Assembly (NCBI GenBank): GCA_965223845.1
Contig: CBDCXR010000004.1
Location: 5,248,001 to 5,312,000, forward strand
Direction of reading: 5' to 3'
Source: Planctomycetota bacterium
Lineage (GTDB): Bacteria > Planctomycetota > UBA8108 > SXIK01
DNA: 64,000 nt
The position numbers and the translations under genes were made by a program. Positions 55,714 to 64,000 of the stretch are shown here, piece by piece. Under the pieces are notes generated by a model. That model ran no database searches. It had not been told where the DNA came from and saw only the letters and a list, made by a program, of their open reading frames with translations. Each line of letters starts with the position of its first letter. Positions within the stretch are counted from its first letter, which is position 1.

Positions 55714-57087
55714 ATGAATGGCTCCATCGTTCAGCGCTGCTTTCTCGTCTCCGTTTTCATCGCTTTGAGCGCGTCTGGCTTCCATGCGGCTCGGGCCCAG
55801 GAAGCCGATCGCCCCAACCTTCTCGTGATCCTCGTCGACGACCTCGGCGTCGGCGATCTCGCGTGCTACGGCGCGAAGGATCTTCGTACACCCGCCATCG
55901 ATCGTCTCGCCTCGCGCGGGGTGCGATTGGAGAACTTCTACGCGAACTGCCCGGTCTGCTCGCCGACGCGCGCCGCTCTTCTTTCGGGGCGTTACCCCGA
56001 GATGGTCGGCGTCCCCGGAGTCGTCCGCACGCATGCGCGCGACAACTGGGGAAAGCTCGTCGCGAACGCGAAGCTCCTCCCCGAGCTTCTCTCGGGTGCC
56101 GGATACCACACGGCGATCGTCGGCAAATGGCACCTCGGCCTCGAAAAACCGGATCGTCCGCACGACCGCGGATTCGATCTCTTTCACGGCTTCCTCGGCG
56201 ACATGATGGACGACTACTACAACCACCGCCGGCACGGGAACAACTACATGCGGCGGAACGACGAAGTGATCGATCCCCCGGGACACGCGACCGATCTCTT
56301 CACCGATTGGGCGATCGACTACCTCGAGTCGAGGAAAGCCGCGCGCGACCCGTTCTTCCTCTACCTCTCGTACAACGCCCCGCACACTCCGATCCAGCCG
56401 CCCGAGGACTGGATTTCGAAGGTGAAGGAGCGCGAGCCAGAGATGAATCCCAAGCGCGTCAAGCTCGCCGCGCTCATCGAGCATCTCGACCACGGCATCG
56501 GCCGCGTCCTCGCGGCGCTCGACAGCACCGGCCTCGCGAACAAGACGCTCGTCGTCTTCACGTCGGACAACGGCGGACAAGTGAACGTCGGCGCGAACAA
56601 CGGCCCTTGGCGCGCGGGAAAAGGGACGGTGTACGAAGGAGGGATTCGCGTCGCATTCGTCGCTTCGTGGCCGGGGCGGATCGCGCCTGGGACTACGTCG
56701 AGCCACGTCGGGCTCACGATGGACCTCTACCCGACGCTCCTCGAGGCCGCGGGAGTCAAGGTGTCGCACGCGATCGACGGAGTGAGCTTCCTCGGCGCAC
56801 TGAGAGGGCAATCTCGTTCGGCGCCCGAACGCGACCTGTTCTTCGCGCGGCGCGAGGGCGGGGTCGGCTTCGGAGGCAAAACCATCGAGGCGCTCCGGAG
56901 CGGCGACTGGAAGCTCCTCCAAAACTCACCCTACGCGGCCCTCGAGCTCTACAACCTCGCGGACGATCCGCGGGAAGCAAACGATCTCCGAACGAAACGC
57001 CCCAAAGTCTTCCGCGATCTCGCGGCGAAGCTGCGCCGGCAGATCCAGCGCTACGGGTCAGTTCCGTGGCAGAGGGGGGAGGACTGA
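55714..57087 (+). CDS. S1 sulfatase
   Basis: PNLLVILVDDLG, CSPTRAALLSG, GKWHLG, NAPH, TSDNG, YEGGIRV. Confidence 0.95.
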   Translation: MNGSIVQRCFLVSVFIALSASGFHAARAQEADRPNLLVILVDDLGVGDLACYGAKDLRTPAIDRLASRGVRLENFYANCPVCSPTRAALLSGRYPEMVGVPGVVRTHARDNWGKLVANAKLLPELLSGAGYHTAIVGKWHLGLEKPDRPHDRGFDLFHGFLGDMMDDYYNHRRHGNNYMRRNDEVIDPPGHATDLFTDWAIDYLESRKAARDPFFLYLSYNAPHTPIQPPEDWISKVKEREPEMNPKRVKLAALIEHLDHGIGRVLAALDSTGLANKTLVVFTSDNGGQVNVGANNGPWRAGKGTVYEGGIRVAFVASWPGRIAPGTTSSHVGLTMDLYPTLLEAAGVKVSHAIDGVSFLGALRGQSRSAPERDLFFARREGGVGFGGKTIEALRSGDWKLLQNSPYAALELYNLADDPREANDLRTKRPKVFRDLAAKLRRQIQRYGSVPWQRGED

Positions 57088-57213
57088 CGTTCTCGGCGGG
57101 GTTTGGTTCTCGAGACTTTCTGGGAAGAGGTTCACACGAAGAGCGCGAAGGATTGGTGCCGACCCGATTCGCGCAGAAATATACGCTTAGCGGTGCTGTC
57201 AAGGAGCTTGTGG

Positions 57214-57242
57214 TTGACCGAGCAGATAGTTGATGGTATCAA
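57214..57242 (+). promoter_or_regulatory. Putative sigma70 promoter with overlapping MarR-type palindrome
   Basis: TTGACC-17 bp-TATCAA; palindrome TTGAT-GGT-ATCAA at 57230-42 overlaps the -10. Confidence 0.55.
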
Positions 57243-57276
57243 TCAGCTGTCTGGTTCCAATCCACAGGAGGACCGA

Positions 57277-57870
57277 ATGTCAGACGAGAAGTTCACCGCT
57301 GAGAACGCGGCCATGCTGCTGATCGACCACCAGGTGGGGACTATGGGCTGGGTTCGGTCGGTCGATTTCGAAGAGCTGAAGACCAACGCGATCGTTCTCG
57401 CGAAGGCCGCCTCAGCCCTTGGAATGCCGGTTGTGCTGACGAGCAGCATGGAAGACCAAGCGCAGGGACCACTCATGCCGGAGCTTGAAGAAATCCTTCC
57501 GGAACAGTTCGCTTCGCGTGTCCGTCGGGGTGGAATCGTGAACTGCTGGGAAGACGCCGATTTTTCTGGGGCAGCGAAGAAAGCCGGTCGCAAGAACCTT
57601 ATCATGGCGGGCGTGACCACCGACGTGTGCCTGGCTCCCCCTGCGATTAGCGCCGTGGCCGAAGGCTACCGGGTTCAGGCAGTGGTCGACGCTTCCGGGT
57701 CACCGACGCAGATTGCCGACGACATTGCGTTTCGCCAAATGGAGAGCGGCGGCGTGTTTCTGACCACGACAAACGCTCTGGTCTCCGAGCTCGCACAGGA
57801 CTGGAGTTCTCCCGGAGGCGGTGCATTGATCGAGATTCTCGCTCGAGAGAAGCTCTCCAAACTCGGATAG
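57277..57870 (+). CDS. ycaC: Isochorismatase-family cysteine hydrolase, YcaC-like
   Basis: LLIDHQVG, PVVLTSS, QGPL, AGVTTDVC, VVDASG; AGGAGG RBS. Confidence 0.88.
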   Translation: MSDEKFTAENAAMLLIDHQVGTMGWVRSVDFEELKTNAIVLAKAASALGMPVVLTSSMEDQAQGPLMPELEEILPEQFASRVRRGGIVNCWEDADFSGAAKKAGRKNLIMAGVTTDVCLAPPAISAVAEGYRVQAVVDASGSPTQIADDIAFRQMESGGVFLTTTNALVSELAQDWSSPGGGALIEILAREKLSKLG

Positions 57871-57882
57871 AGCGAATGCCCA

Positions 57883-58335
57883 ATGGCGAGGACCGCGACC
57901 GGCTACAAGCTGCACGATAGCACTGGTCATTGGATTGCTCGAGTGTTCGGGGCGATGCGCCGGGAGTTCGACAAGGAACTTCGGGAACACGGAGTGAGTA
58001 TCAGTGAGTGGGCCGTTCTTGCAGGACTGCGCAGCGGCGAGGCAAGCACGCCTTCGCAGCTCGCTGACCTTGCTGGTCTCGACCGTGCCGTTGTGACCCG
58101 TGCCCTGGACGGCGTGGTGGAAGCGAAGGGCTTAGCTACTCGAGAGCTGAGCGGTGAGGACAAGCGCTCTTTCACGATTGAGCTGACGGCTGCGGGTGAC
58201 CGAGTTGTCTCAAAGCTTCTCGAGGCGAACAAGCGAATCAACGACGAATTTCTTCGTGGTCTGTCGTCCCGCGAGACGAACCAGTTCCGTCGCACGCTAA
58301 AGCGCATGCTCGAGAACGCCCCGGATATCAAGTGA
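57883..58335 (+). CDS. MarR-family transcriptional regulator
   Basis: SEWAVL, TPSQLADLAGLDRAVVTRALD, DKRSFTIELTAAG. Confidence 0.9.
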   Translation: MARTATGYKLHDSTGHWIARVFGAMRREFDKELREHGVSISEWAVLAGLRSGEASTPSQLADLAGLDRAVVTRALDGVVEAKGLATRELSGEDKRSFTIELTAAGDRVVSKLLEANKRINDEFLRGLSSRETNQFRRTLKRMLENAPDIK

Positions 58336-58367
58336 CCGTCTGCGAAACCGTTCGTTTTCTTAGGCAC

Positions 58368-58404
58368 ATATCGTCCACGAAGGGTCTGATTCCGTAGACG
58401 ATAT
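58368..58404 (+). terminator. Hairpin downstream of marR
   Basis: ATATCGTCCACGAA ... TTCCGTAGACGATAT. Confidence 0.4.
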
Positions 58405-58654
58405 CCGTTCAGAAAATCTCGGTGAGACTTGTTTTGAACACCTCCACCGAGTCCGAGGCGACCAGCGCTTACCGTATGTTTTTGCGCGAATCCGGTCGGT
58501 GCCCTAGGATCGCGAAGAAAGACGAAGAAGAGAGGGATGGATCGGTAGAGAGACTCGGGTCCGTTGGGAACCCGCGTGGTGAGATCTGCCTTGGGCGGGC
58601 GCGCTGCAGCTTGCTTCTTCAGCGTCACTGCCTTTCGCTTTCTGCCGACCTTCT

Positions 58655-58672
58655 CCCTTCGTGGTAAATCCT
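58655..58672 (-). repeat. Inverted copy of the CACGAAG REP-like unit
   Basis: Reverse complement AGGATTTACCACGAAGGG versus AGGATTTCACCACGAAGGG at 53486. Confidence 0.55.
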
Positions 58673-58676
58673 CTCT

Positions 58677-59801
58677 TCAGATATCACGATCGGCCGAGGC
58701 AGCGGGAATCGCCTCAGCATCCAACCGCCGATTCTCCTGCTGAATGAGCTGCCCGCAAGCCGCAGCGATGTCCGGTCCGAGTGACACCCGAAGCGTCGTC
58801 TCGAACCCGGCGCGCTTGAGCGCCCGGGCGAACTCCTCGCGCCGCGGCTTCGGCGTCGCTTCGAGATCGTCCGCGCCGTCGATCGGGTTGTACGGAATCA
58901 GGTTCACGTGCACGCGTAGACCACGCAGGAACTCGATGAGACGCGCAAGATCTTCATCGCGATCATTGAGCCCGCGAAGAAGCAGGTACTCGATCATCAC
59001 TCCCTGCTCTTGCACAGCGTTCAGCTCGACGAGCGTCTCGCGCAGCTCATCAAGGGTGTAGATCTTCGCGAGCGGAATGATCCGCCGGCGAACATCGGGG
59101 TCGACGCTGTGCAGGCTGAGCGCGAGATGAACCCGAGGAAAGCGCTCCGCGCATCGCAGCATCGCAGCCGGGATCCCGACCGTCGACACAAGGATCCGGC
59201 GTGCAGAGTGATGAAAGCACTCGGGCGCGACCAGCGTCTCGAGCGTGCGGTAGAGATTCTCTTCGTTGTGGAAGGGTTCCCCCATGCCCATGAACACGAT
59301 GTTCCGCACTCGCCTGCCCTCGACGGCTAGGAGCTGGTTCGCGCGCACGATCTGATCGAGTATCTCGCTCCGACCGAGATCGTGGGCGACGCCCATTCTT
59401 CCTGTGGCGCAGAAAGAGCAGTTCGCCGCGCAGCCGACCTGCGAGGACACGCAGAGCGCCGTCCGGCCGGTATCGATCCGCAGGATCACCGTCTCGAGAA
59501 GAAACCCCTCACGAGTTCGAAAGACCAGCTTCGACGCCCCATCGACGCGCGAGTCACACCGCTCGACGAGGTCGAGCGAATGGAGCTCGACTTCGGCCGC
59601 AAACCGCTCGCGAAGATGTTCCCCGATCTCGGCGAGCGCACGATCCCTCGACTCGGATCGCTTGAGAAACGCATTCCGAAACTTGCGCAGCTCATCTCGC
59701 GGCACGCGGAGCTGGGCGCGCAATCTCTCGATCGCAACTGGGTCGTGGAGGGAAGGCATGGGGGCGGTGAGGTCGTCGCCGGAGGAGGAGTCGCGGCTCA
59801 C
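58677..59801 (-). CDS. rlmN: Radical SAM RNA methyltransferase RlmN
   Basis: CVSSQVGCAANCSFCATG, VFMGMGEP, LSLH, VNLIPYN, DIAAACGQL. Confidence 0.9.
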   Translation of the reverse strand: MSRDSSSGDDLTAPMPSLHDPVAIERLRAQLRVPRDELRKFRNAFLKRSESRDRALAEIGEHLRERFAAEVELHSLDLVERCDSRVDGASKLVFRTREGFLLETVILRIDTGRTALCVSSQVGCAANCSFCATGRMGVAHDLGRSEILDQIVRANQLLAVEGRRVRNIVFMGMGEPFHNEENLYRTLETLVAPECFHHSARRILVSTVGIPAAMLRCAERFPRVHLALSLHSVDPDVRRRIIPLAKIYTLDELRETLVELNAVQEQGVMIEYLLLRGLNDRDEDLARLIEFLRGLRVHVNLIPYNPIDGADDLEATPKPRREEFARALKRAGFETTLRVSLGPDIAAACGQLIQQENRRLDAEAIPAASADRDI

Positions 59802-60139
59802 TCGCCGCGGCGTTGCCAGCTCGCGCGCTCGGCGAGGCGGCGGTCGGATGCTTCCTCCGCCGATCGCAGCTGTTTTTGAAGCCTATAGAGGATGTACCAA
59901 CTGCTCCACATGCACAGGAGACCGACCGGGAGAAGAATCGAGACCATCGTGGTCATCGCATCGGTGAGATGACCGAGCGAATCGAACTTGTCGCGCGACC
60001 AGAGAGCCGATGTTCCCGCGGCCGCGGCCAGAAGTCCGTACCCCTGCAGAGTGAGCGATCGCCGCTGAGCGAGCCAATAGGAATCGCGCCACCGTTTTCG
60101 TCGGTCCATCCCGCGGCCTCGCGTTCCCGGAGTTTTCAT
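59798..60139 (-). CDS. Small hypothetical membrane protein (2 TM)
   Basis: Two hydrophobic segments; stop overlaps rlmN start; start 60139 or 60109. Confidence 0.5.
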   Translation of the reverse strand: MKTPGTRGRGMDRRKRWRDSYWLAQRRSLTLQGYGLLAAAAGTSALWSRDKFDSLGHLTDAMTTMVSILLPVGLLCMWSSWYILYRLQKQLRSAEEASDRRLAERASWQRRGE

Positions 60140-60213
60140 CGGACGGTCCTCGATCCAAGCTACTCCGACCCGACTGACACTCGCCTCGTGTGAACCTCTC
60201 CGTCCGTCGACTC

Positions 60214-61197
60214 CTACCGACCGACGTTCACGATCACCTTCCCGTAGGCCCCACCCTCCACCGCCTCGTGAGCCCGCGCGGTGTCTTCGAGCGGAAAGCG
60301 CGGTCCGACGTGCTGCTTCAGCGATCCGGCGGCGAGCCATCGGTCGATATCGCGGATCGCATGCGTCTTCGCTTCGTCGGGCATGAGGAACACGATCACG
60401 TGGTGAACGGAGATGCTCTTATAAAGGAGCTGGTAGAAAGGAAGTTTCGGTTCGGGGACGACTTGAGACGCGTACGCGGCGATCACCCCGCCGGTCTTGA
60501 TCGCACCGAGAGCCGCATCGAGGTTCCCCCCGAACTCGACTTCGACGACGCGATCGGCCCCGCGGCCATCGGTGATCTCCTGGACCCGCTCCGCGACATT
60601 CTCCAGCCGGTAGTTGAGGACGACGTCCGCACCGACTTCGCGCGCCCCGGCCGCCTTCTCGTCTCCGCTCACGGTCGCGACCACGCGCGCACCGCCGAGC
60701 TTCGCGAACTGAACCGCATATCGCCCGACCGCGCCCGCACCGCCTGTGACGAGCACGGTCTGCCCCTCGACCGGACCGTCGGCGAACACCGAGCGATGCG
60801 CGGTCATCGCCGGAATGCCGAGGCACGCGCCGTCGTCGAACGTCGCACCCTCGGGAAGCGGGATCGCGCGCTCCTCCGGAAGGGACACCAGCTCCGCCGC
60901 GCTGCCCGTGTCCTGCCCCCACTGCGCTTCGTAAAGCCAGACGCGCTCACCGACGCGACGTTCACTCACCCCCGCACCGACTCGGTCGATGACGCCCGCG
61001 CCATCGAAATGAGGAATGACTCGCGGAGACGTCATCTCCCCACGGCCACCCAGTCGGCGCTTGACGTCGATCGGATTCACTCCCGACGTCTCGACGCGCA
61101 CTCGAACCTCGCCCGTCCCGGGCTCCGGATCCGGAAGCTCTCCGAACCGAAGCACGTCGGTCGCGGGACCAAAACTCTCGTACCAAACCGCTCGCAT
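60214..61197 (-). CDS. NADPH:quinone reductase (MDR, zeta-crystallin-like)
   Basis: GVNPID, PHFDGAG, GIPAMTA, VTGGAGAVG, AHEAVE..GKVIV. Confidence 0.93.
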   Translation of the reverse strand: MRAVWYESFGPATDVLRFGELPDPEPGTGEVRVRVETSGVNPIDVKRRLGGRGEMTSPRVIPHFDGAGVIDRVGAGVSERRVGERVWLYEAQWGQDTGSAAELVSLPEERAIPLPEGATFDDGACLGIPAMTAHRSVFADGPVEGQTVLVTGGAGAVGRYAVQFAKLGGARVVATVSGDEKAAGAREVGADVVLNYRLENVAERVQEITDGRGADRVVEVEFGGNLDAALGAIKTGGVIAAYASQVVPEPKLPFYQLLYKSISVHHVIVFLMPDEAKTHAIRDIDRWLAAGSLKQHVGPRFPLEDTARAHEAVEGGAYGKVIVNVGR

Positions 61198-61207
61198 GTC
61201 GCTCCGA

Positions 61208-63007
61208 TCAGCGCGTTCTCTCGGGGTGGTATCCCACCCACCCGATCATCATTTCTTCCCACGTCTGGTCGCCCCAACGCACCGCTTTGGTCGCGTCGGG
61301 GTTCGCAGGGTTCTCGGCCGAATTGTCGAAGTGTGCGACGCAGTCGATGCGCGTTCCCTTCGGAAGTCGGAGCGGCTCGGACAGTCGGTAGGTGTTCTGC
61401 CAATTGAAGTCATACGCCGGCACCGAGAGGAGGATTTCGCTCCGCCCGCTCGGATACGTCGCGCGGTAAAGAAAATCCTTTCCGCGCAGGTGCATGTGCG
61501 GCATGAGCGTGAGGAGGCGGACGTCACGCCCGAAGGTGAAGCTCGAGCGAACTTCGTGGTGCGAGGCTCCCGCGGGGATCTCGAAGCGCGTGTTCATGAT
61601 CCCCTTTGTCTGCGCGGCGTACTCGGGCGGCCCGTCTCCCTTGTAGAGAACGAGACCGACCATGGATCGATCCTTCTCGACCTTTCCGGTCGGAGTGTAG
61701 TGCATTTGAAAAAGCAGCTCGGCTCCCGCCGGGATGCGCTTCCCGATGCCCGCCGGCAGAATCAGCGGAGGATCGCCCGGAGCTGTCCCGCAGATGCTTC
61801 CGCGCTCTCTGACGTCGCCGTTCTCTCCCGGGACGCGGTAGAAGACGATGATGTGATGCACAACCGCGCGGTTCCCTGGTCGCGCTTCGGCCGCTTGAAT
61901 CCAAACGTCTTCTTCGAAGTTTGTCGGCACCGTGTAGTACTGATACGGGACGACGCCATCGGCCGGTATCGTGACCTCGTCCTCGAGCTCGAAGACGAGA
62001 TCCGGCTCGTCGATCGTCCAGCCCTCGGCGTACTTCTTCGGCGGCGGCAGATCCTTCGTTTCCCCGAACGGAGTTCCCGCGTCGATCCACTCGATGAGTG
62101 TGTCGACTTCCGACTGCGGCATACGGCGATTGTTGGAGAAGTGACCGTAACGAGGATCGGCGTGCCACGGCGGCATCCGCCGAAGGGTGACCACCTCTTT
62201 GATCATCGCCGAGTTGTCGACGACGTCGTCGTAGGTAAGGAGAGGAAACGGCCCGATCATGCCGGGGCGATGGCATTCGTGACAGCGCCGCTCGACGATG
62301 CGCGAAATCTCCTTCGCGTAGGTGACCGACGACGGAGAGGCTTGTCGATCCCGCTTCGTGATCAGACAGCCGAGCGGATCCGTCTCGGCGATCGTCACCT
62401 TCTGGTTCGCGAGAAGTTCTCGGACGGCTTCTCGAAGATCGCGCCGCCGCGGCTCGTCGCGCTTGTAGGTGTAACCGAAGCGATCGTCGACGCGTCCGTG
62501 GTATCGGACGATGCGCTGGGCATCGAGGACAAAGACTTCCGCCGTTCGCGTCGCTCCGAGGAGATCTGCGACGCGTTGCTCGGCGTCGAGAAGAACGGGA
62601 AACGCAACCTCGTACTCTTTCGCGTGCGCGACGATGGCTTCCTGCGTCACTCCCGCGTTCGCTTGGATCCCGATCACGTGAACGCCGCGCGCGGAGTGGG
62701 ACCGCTCGAGCTCGCCGAGCTCCTTCAGATAGAGATTCGAAATGGGACAACCGGTCCCCATGAAGAAGAGGACGACGGCTCGGCCCGACTTGAAGTCCGT
62801 GAGGGCGACGCGCTTCCCGTTCTGGTCGGGCAGAATGAAGTCCGCGACCTTGCGGCCGACGATCGCGGATGTCTTCGGGGCGCCAAAGACCTTCCTCGCC
62901 GCGTTTTCGGCATCGTCCGCGAGGACGAAGAGCGGTGTGAGCGCGAGGAGTCCGGCGATCGAAAGTCGATTCCGAGCGCTAAACCGAGAACGAAGCGAAG
63001 CGGTCAT
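61208..63007 (-). CDS. Secreted redoxin + c-type heme + copper type II (PHM/DBH-like) monooxygenase fusion
   Basis: Signal peptide; GTGCP..TAEVFVLD..YHGRVDD; CHECH; VVHHII, QMHY, PHMHLRG, EEMM. Confidence 0.82.
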   Translation of the reverse strand: MTASLRSRFSARNRLSIAGLLALTPLFVLADDAENAARKVFGAPKTSAIVGRKVADFILPDQNGKRVALTDFKSGRAVVLFFMGTGCPISNLYLKELGELERSHSARGVHVIGIQANAGVTQEAIVAHAKEYEVAFPVLLDAEQRVADLLGATRTAEVFVLDAQRIVRYHGRVDDRFGYTYKRDEPRRRDLREAVRELLANQKVTIAETDPLGCLITKRDRQASPSSVTYAKEISRIVERRCHECHRPGMIGPFPLLTYDDVVDNSAMIKEVVTLRRMPPWHADPRYGHFSNNRRMPQSEVDTLIEWIDAGTPFGETKDLPPPKKYAEGWTIDEPDLVFELEDEVTIPADGVVPYQYYTVPTNFEEDVWIQAAEARPGNRAVVHHIIVFYRVPGENGDVRERGSICGTAPGDPPLILPAGIGKRIPAGAELLFQMHYTPTGKVEKDRSMVGLVLYKGDGPPEYAAQTKGIMNTRFEIPAGASHHEVRSSFTFGRDVRLLTLMPHMHLRGKDFLYRATYPSGRSEILLSVPAYDFNWQNTYRLSEPLRLPKGTRIDCVAHFDNSAENPANPDATKAVRWGDQTWEEMMIGWVGYHPERTR

Positions 63008-63431
63008 CGAGCGAGTCTCCCGTCGAGTCTTGATCTGGGTAGGTAGCCCATCCGCCCAATCTACGCCGTCTCGCGGCGCGATTCTACGAACGATCGCACG
63101 CGTCGTGACTTTCGCGCGCGGAGACCGGGCACCGATCAGAGAATCTCGATCCGCGTCTCGATTCCGGGTGCACGAGCGATCGCAGCATCCCGAGCAACGA
63201 AGCTCGCATCGCAAGATGACGTCCTCGGCCGTCAGGATGCACGAGACCCGAACACGGCCCCAGCAACGGACGCGCAGAGAACGCGGGCGGCGAAGGTCGG
63301 CCGAATCGTCGAGCGGATCTCCGCCGCGAAGCGAGTTCATCGCTCCCGAAGGCGGGAACTGGAGGCCGCCCGCACGGCCACCCGACCGCGCTCACGGAGA
63401 CCGAAACCGCCCCACCCCCCAAAAACTCCCG

Positions 63432-64000
63432 TCACCTACGAACCACCCTCACCGCCATCCCACCCCGCTCGCTGAGCGGCACCTCGAGAACGGTCTTCGA
63501 AGTCACGCGTCGGCGCTCGATCCCCACCTTGGTGCGGGTTCCGACCGATGGATCGTCCCGGTAGATGTGCGCTTCGTAGTCGACCTCGTCCTCGAGGAAG
63601 TCGAATGTGACCTGGATCGTCCGCGGCGCGACGGCGTTGAGGCAGCCCACGAACCACTCGCTCCCCTTCCGCCGCGCGATCACCGCGTACTCGCCGATCT
63701 TCGAGTGGAGGACGCGGGTGTCGTCCCAGGTCGTGGGGAGATGCCGGAAGAACTCGAGCTCCGGCTCGCCGCTCGCGTTCGACGGGCGGTCGTACCAGAA
63801 GAGAAACTGCCACGGACTGAAGAAGAGAACGGTCTTTGCGAGTTGCGCGGCGTGCGATGTCTTCTCGTCGACGTAGCCGTTGTAGTAGCAAAACGTGTGA
63901 TCCGCCGGCGCCACGATCATGCGCGTGAACAAGTTTGCGAGCGCTTGTTCGTTCGGCGGCCGCGTCTCGTCGCCGCCGATGCCCTCGGCGGTCATGAAGT
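63432..64000 (-). CDS. GH97 glycoside hydrolase, C-terminal part (5' end outside window)
   Basis: FTRMIVAPADHT, SPWQFLFWYD, LPTTWDDT, GEYAVIARRKG.EWFVG, GGMAV. Confidence 0.88.
   Translation of the reverse strand, partial: FMTAEGIGGDETRPPNEQALANLFTRMIVAPADHTFCYYNGYVDEKTSHAAQLAKTVLFFSPWQFLFWYDRPSNASGEPELEFFRHLPTTWDDTRVLHSKIGEYAVIARRKGSEWFVGCLNAVAPRTIQVTFDFLEDEVDYEAHIYRDDPSVGTRTKVGIERRRVTSKTVLEVPLSERGGMAVRVVRR

Larger units (their letters stand above)
57154..58505. mobile_element. Putative non-autonomous mobile cassette carrying ycaC-marR
   Basis: 37-bp imperfect IRs (57159-57195 / 58463-58499, 31/37 match); AGGAT direct repeats at 57149-53 and 58506-10; atypical codon usage; no transposase. 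Confidence 0.6.

Noticed and set aside
58677-59801. Cfr-like resistance methyltransferase
   Set aside because: Motifs and context fit housekeeping RlmN; separating the two needs a phylogeny

Overview
GC-rich bacterial DNA, most likely Planctomycetota. Support for that: a PSD1/DUF1549-DUF1553 cytochrome c + DUF1501 + WD40 cluster, an NPYAAP-motif membrane protein, sulfatases, DUF1080 and a redoxin-cytochrome-copper-monooxygenase fusion. About 46 CDS are supported. I found no rRNA, tRNA, CRISPR array, integrase or transposase. The central feature is a roughly 23 kb block (about 23.1-46.4 kb) that looks lower in GC by eye and holds almost only signalling genes. It contains a 12-gene type-IV-pili-class (Pil/Chp-like) chemosensory cluster with a 4-Hpt hybrid CheA, three CheW and a PATAN/DUF4388 pseudo-receiver, plus a GAF kinase/FixJ-family pair, a beta-barrel porin and a divergent beta-propeller hybrid kinase. 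Its intergenic regions share a 16-bp palindromic motif (best copies TAGGG-N6-CCCTA-like), suggesting one regulon. Other notable items are a transposase-free 1.35 kb ycaC-marR cassette with terminal inverted repeats and a 5-bp direct repeat that splits a CACGAAG tandem array, a degenerate attC-like site, a DtxR-bacilliredoxin pair, a pseudo-receiver HD-GYP + DUF4388 pair, a 1939-aa DUF748 protein with a partner lipoprotein, and a sulfatase/GH32/DUF1080/SSS carbohydrate locus. All family calls come from motifs recognised by eye, not from database searches.
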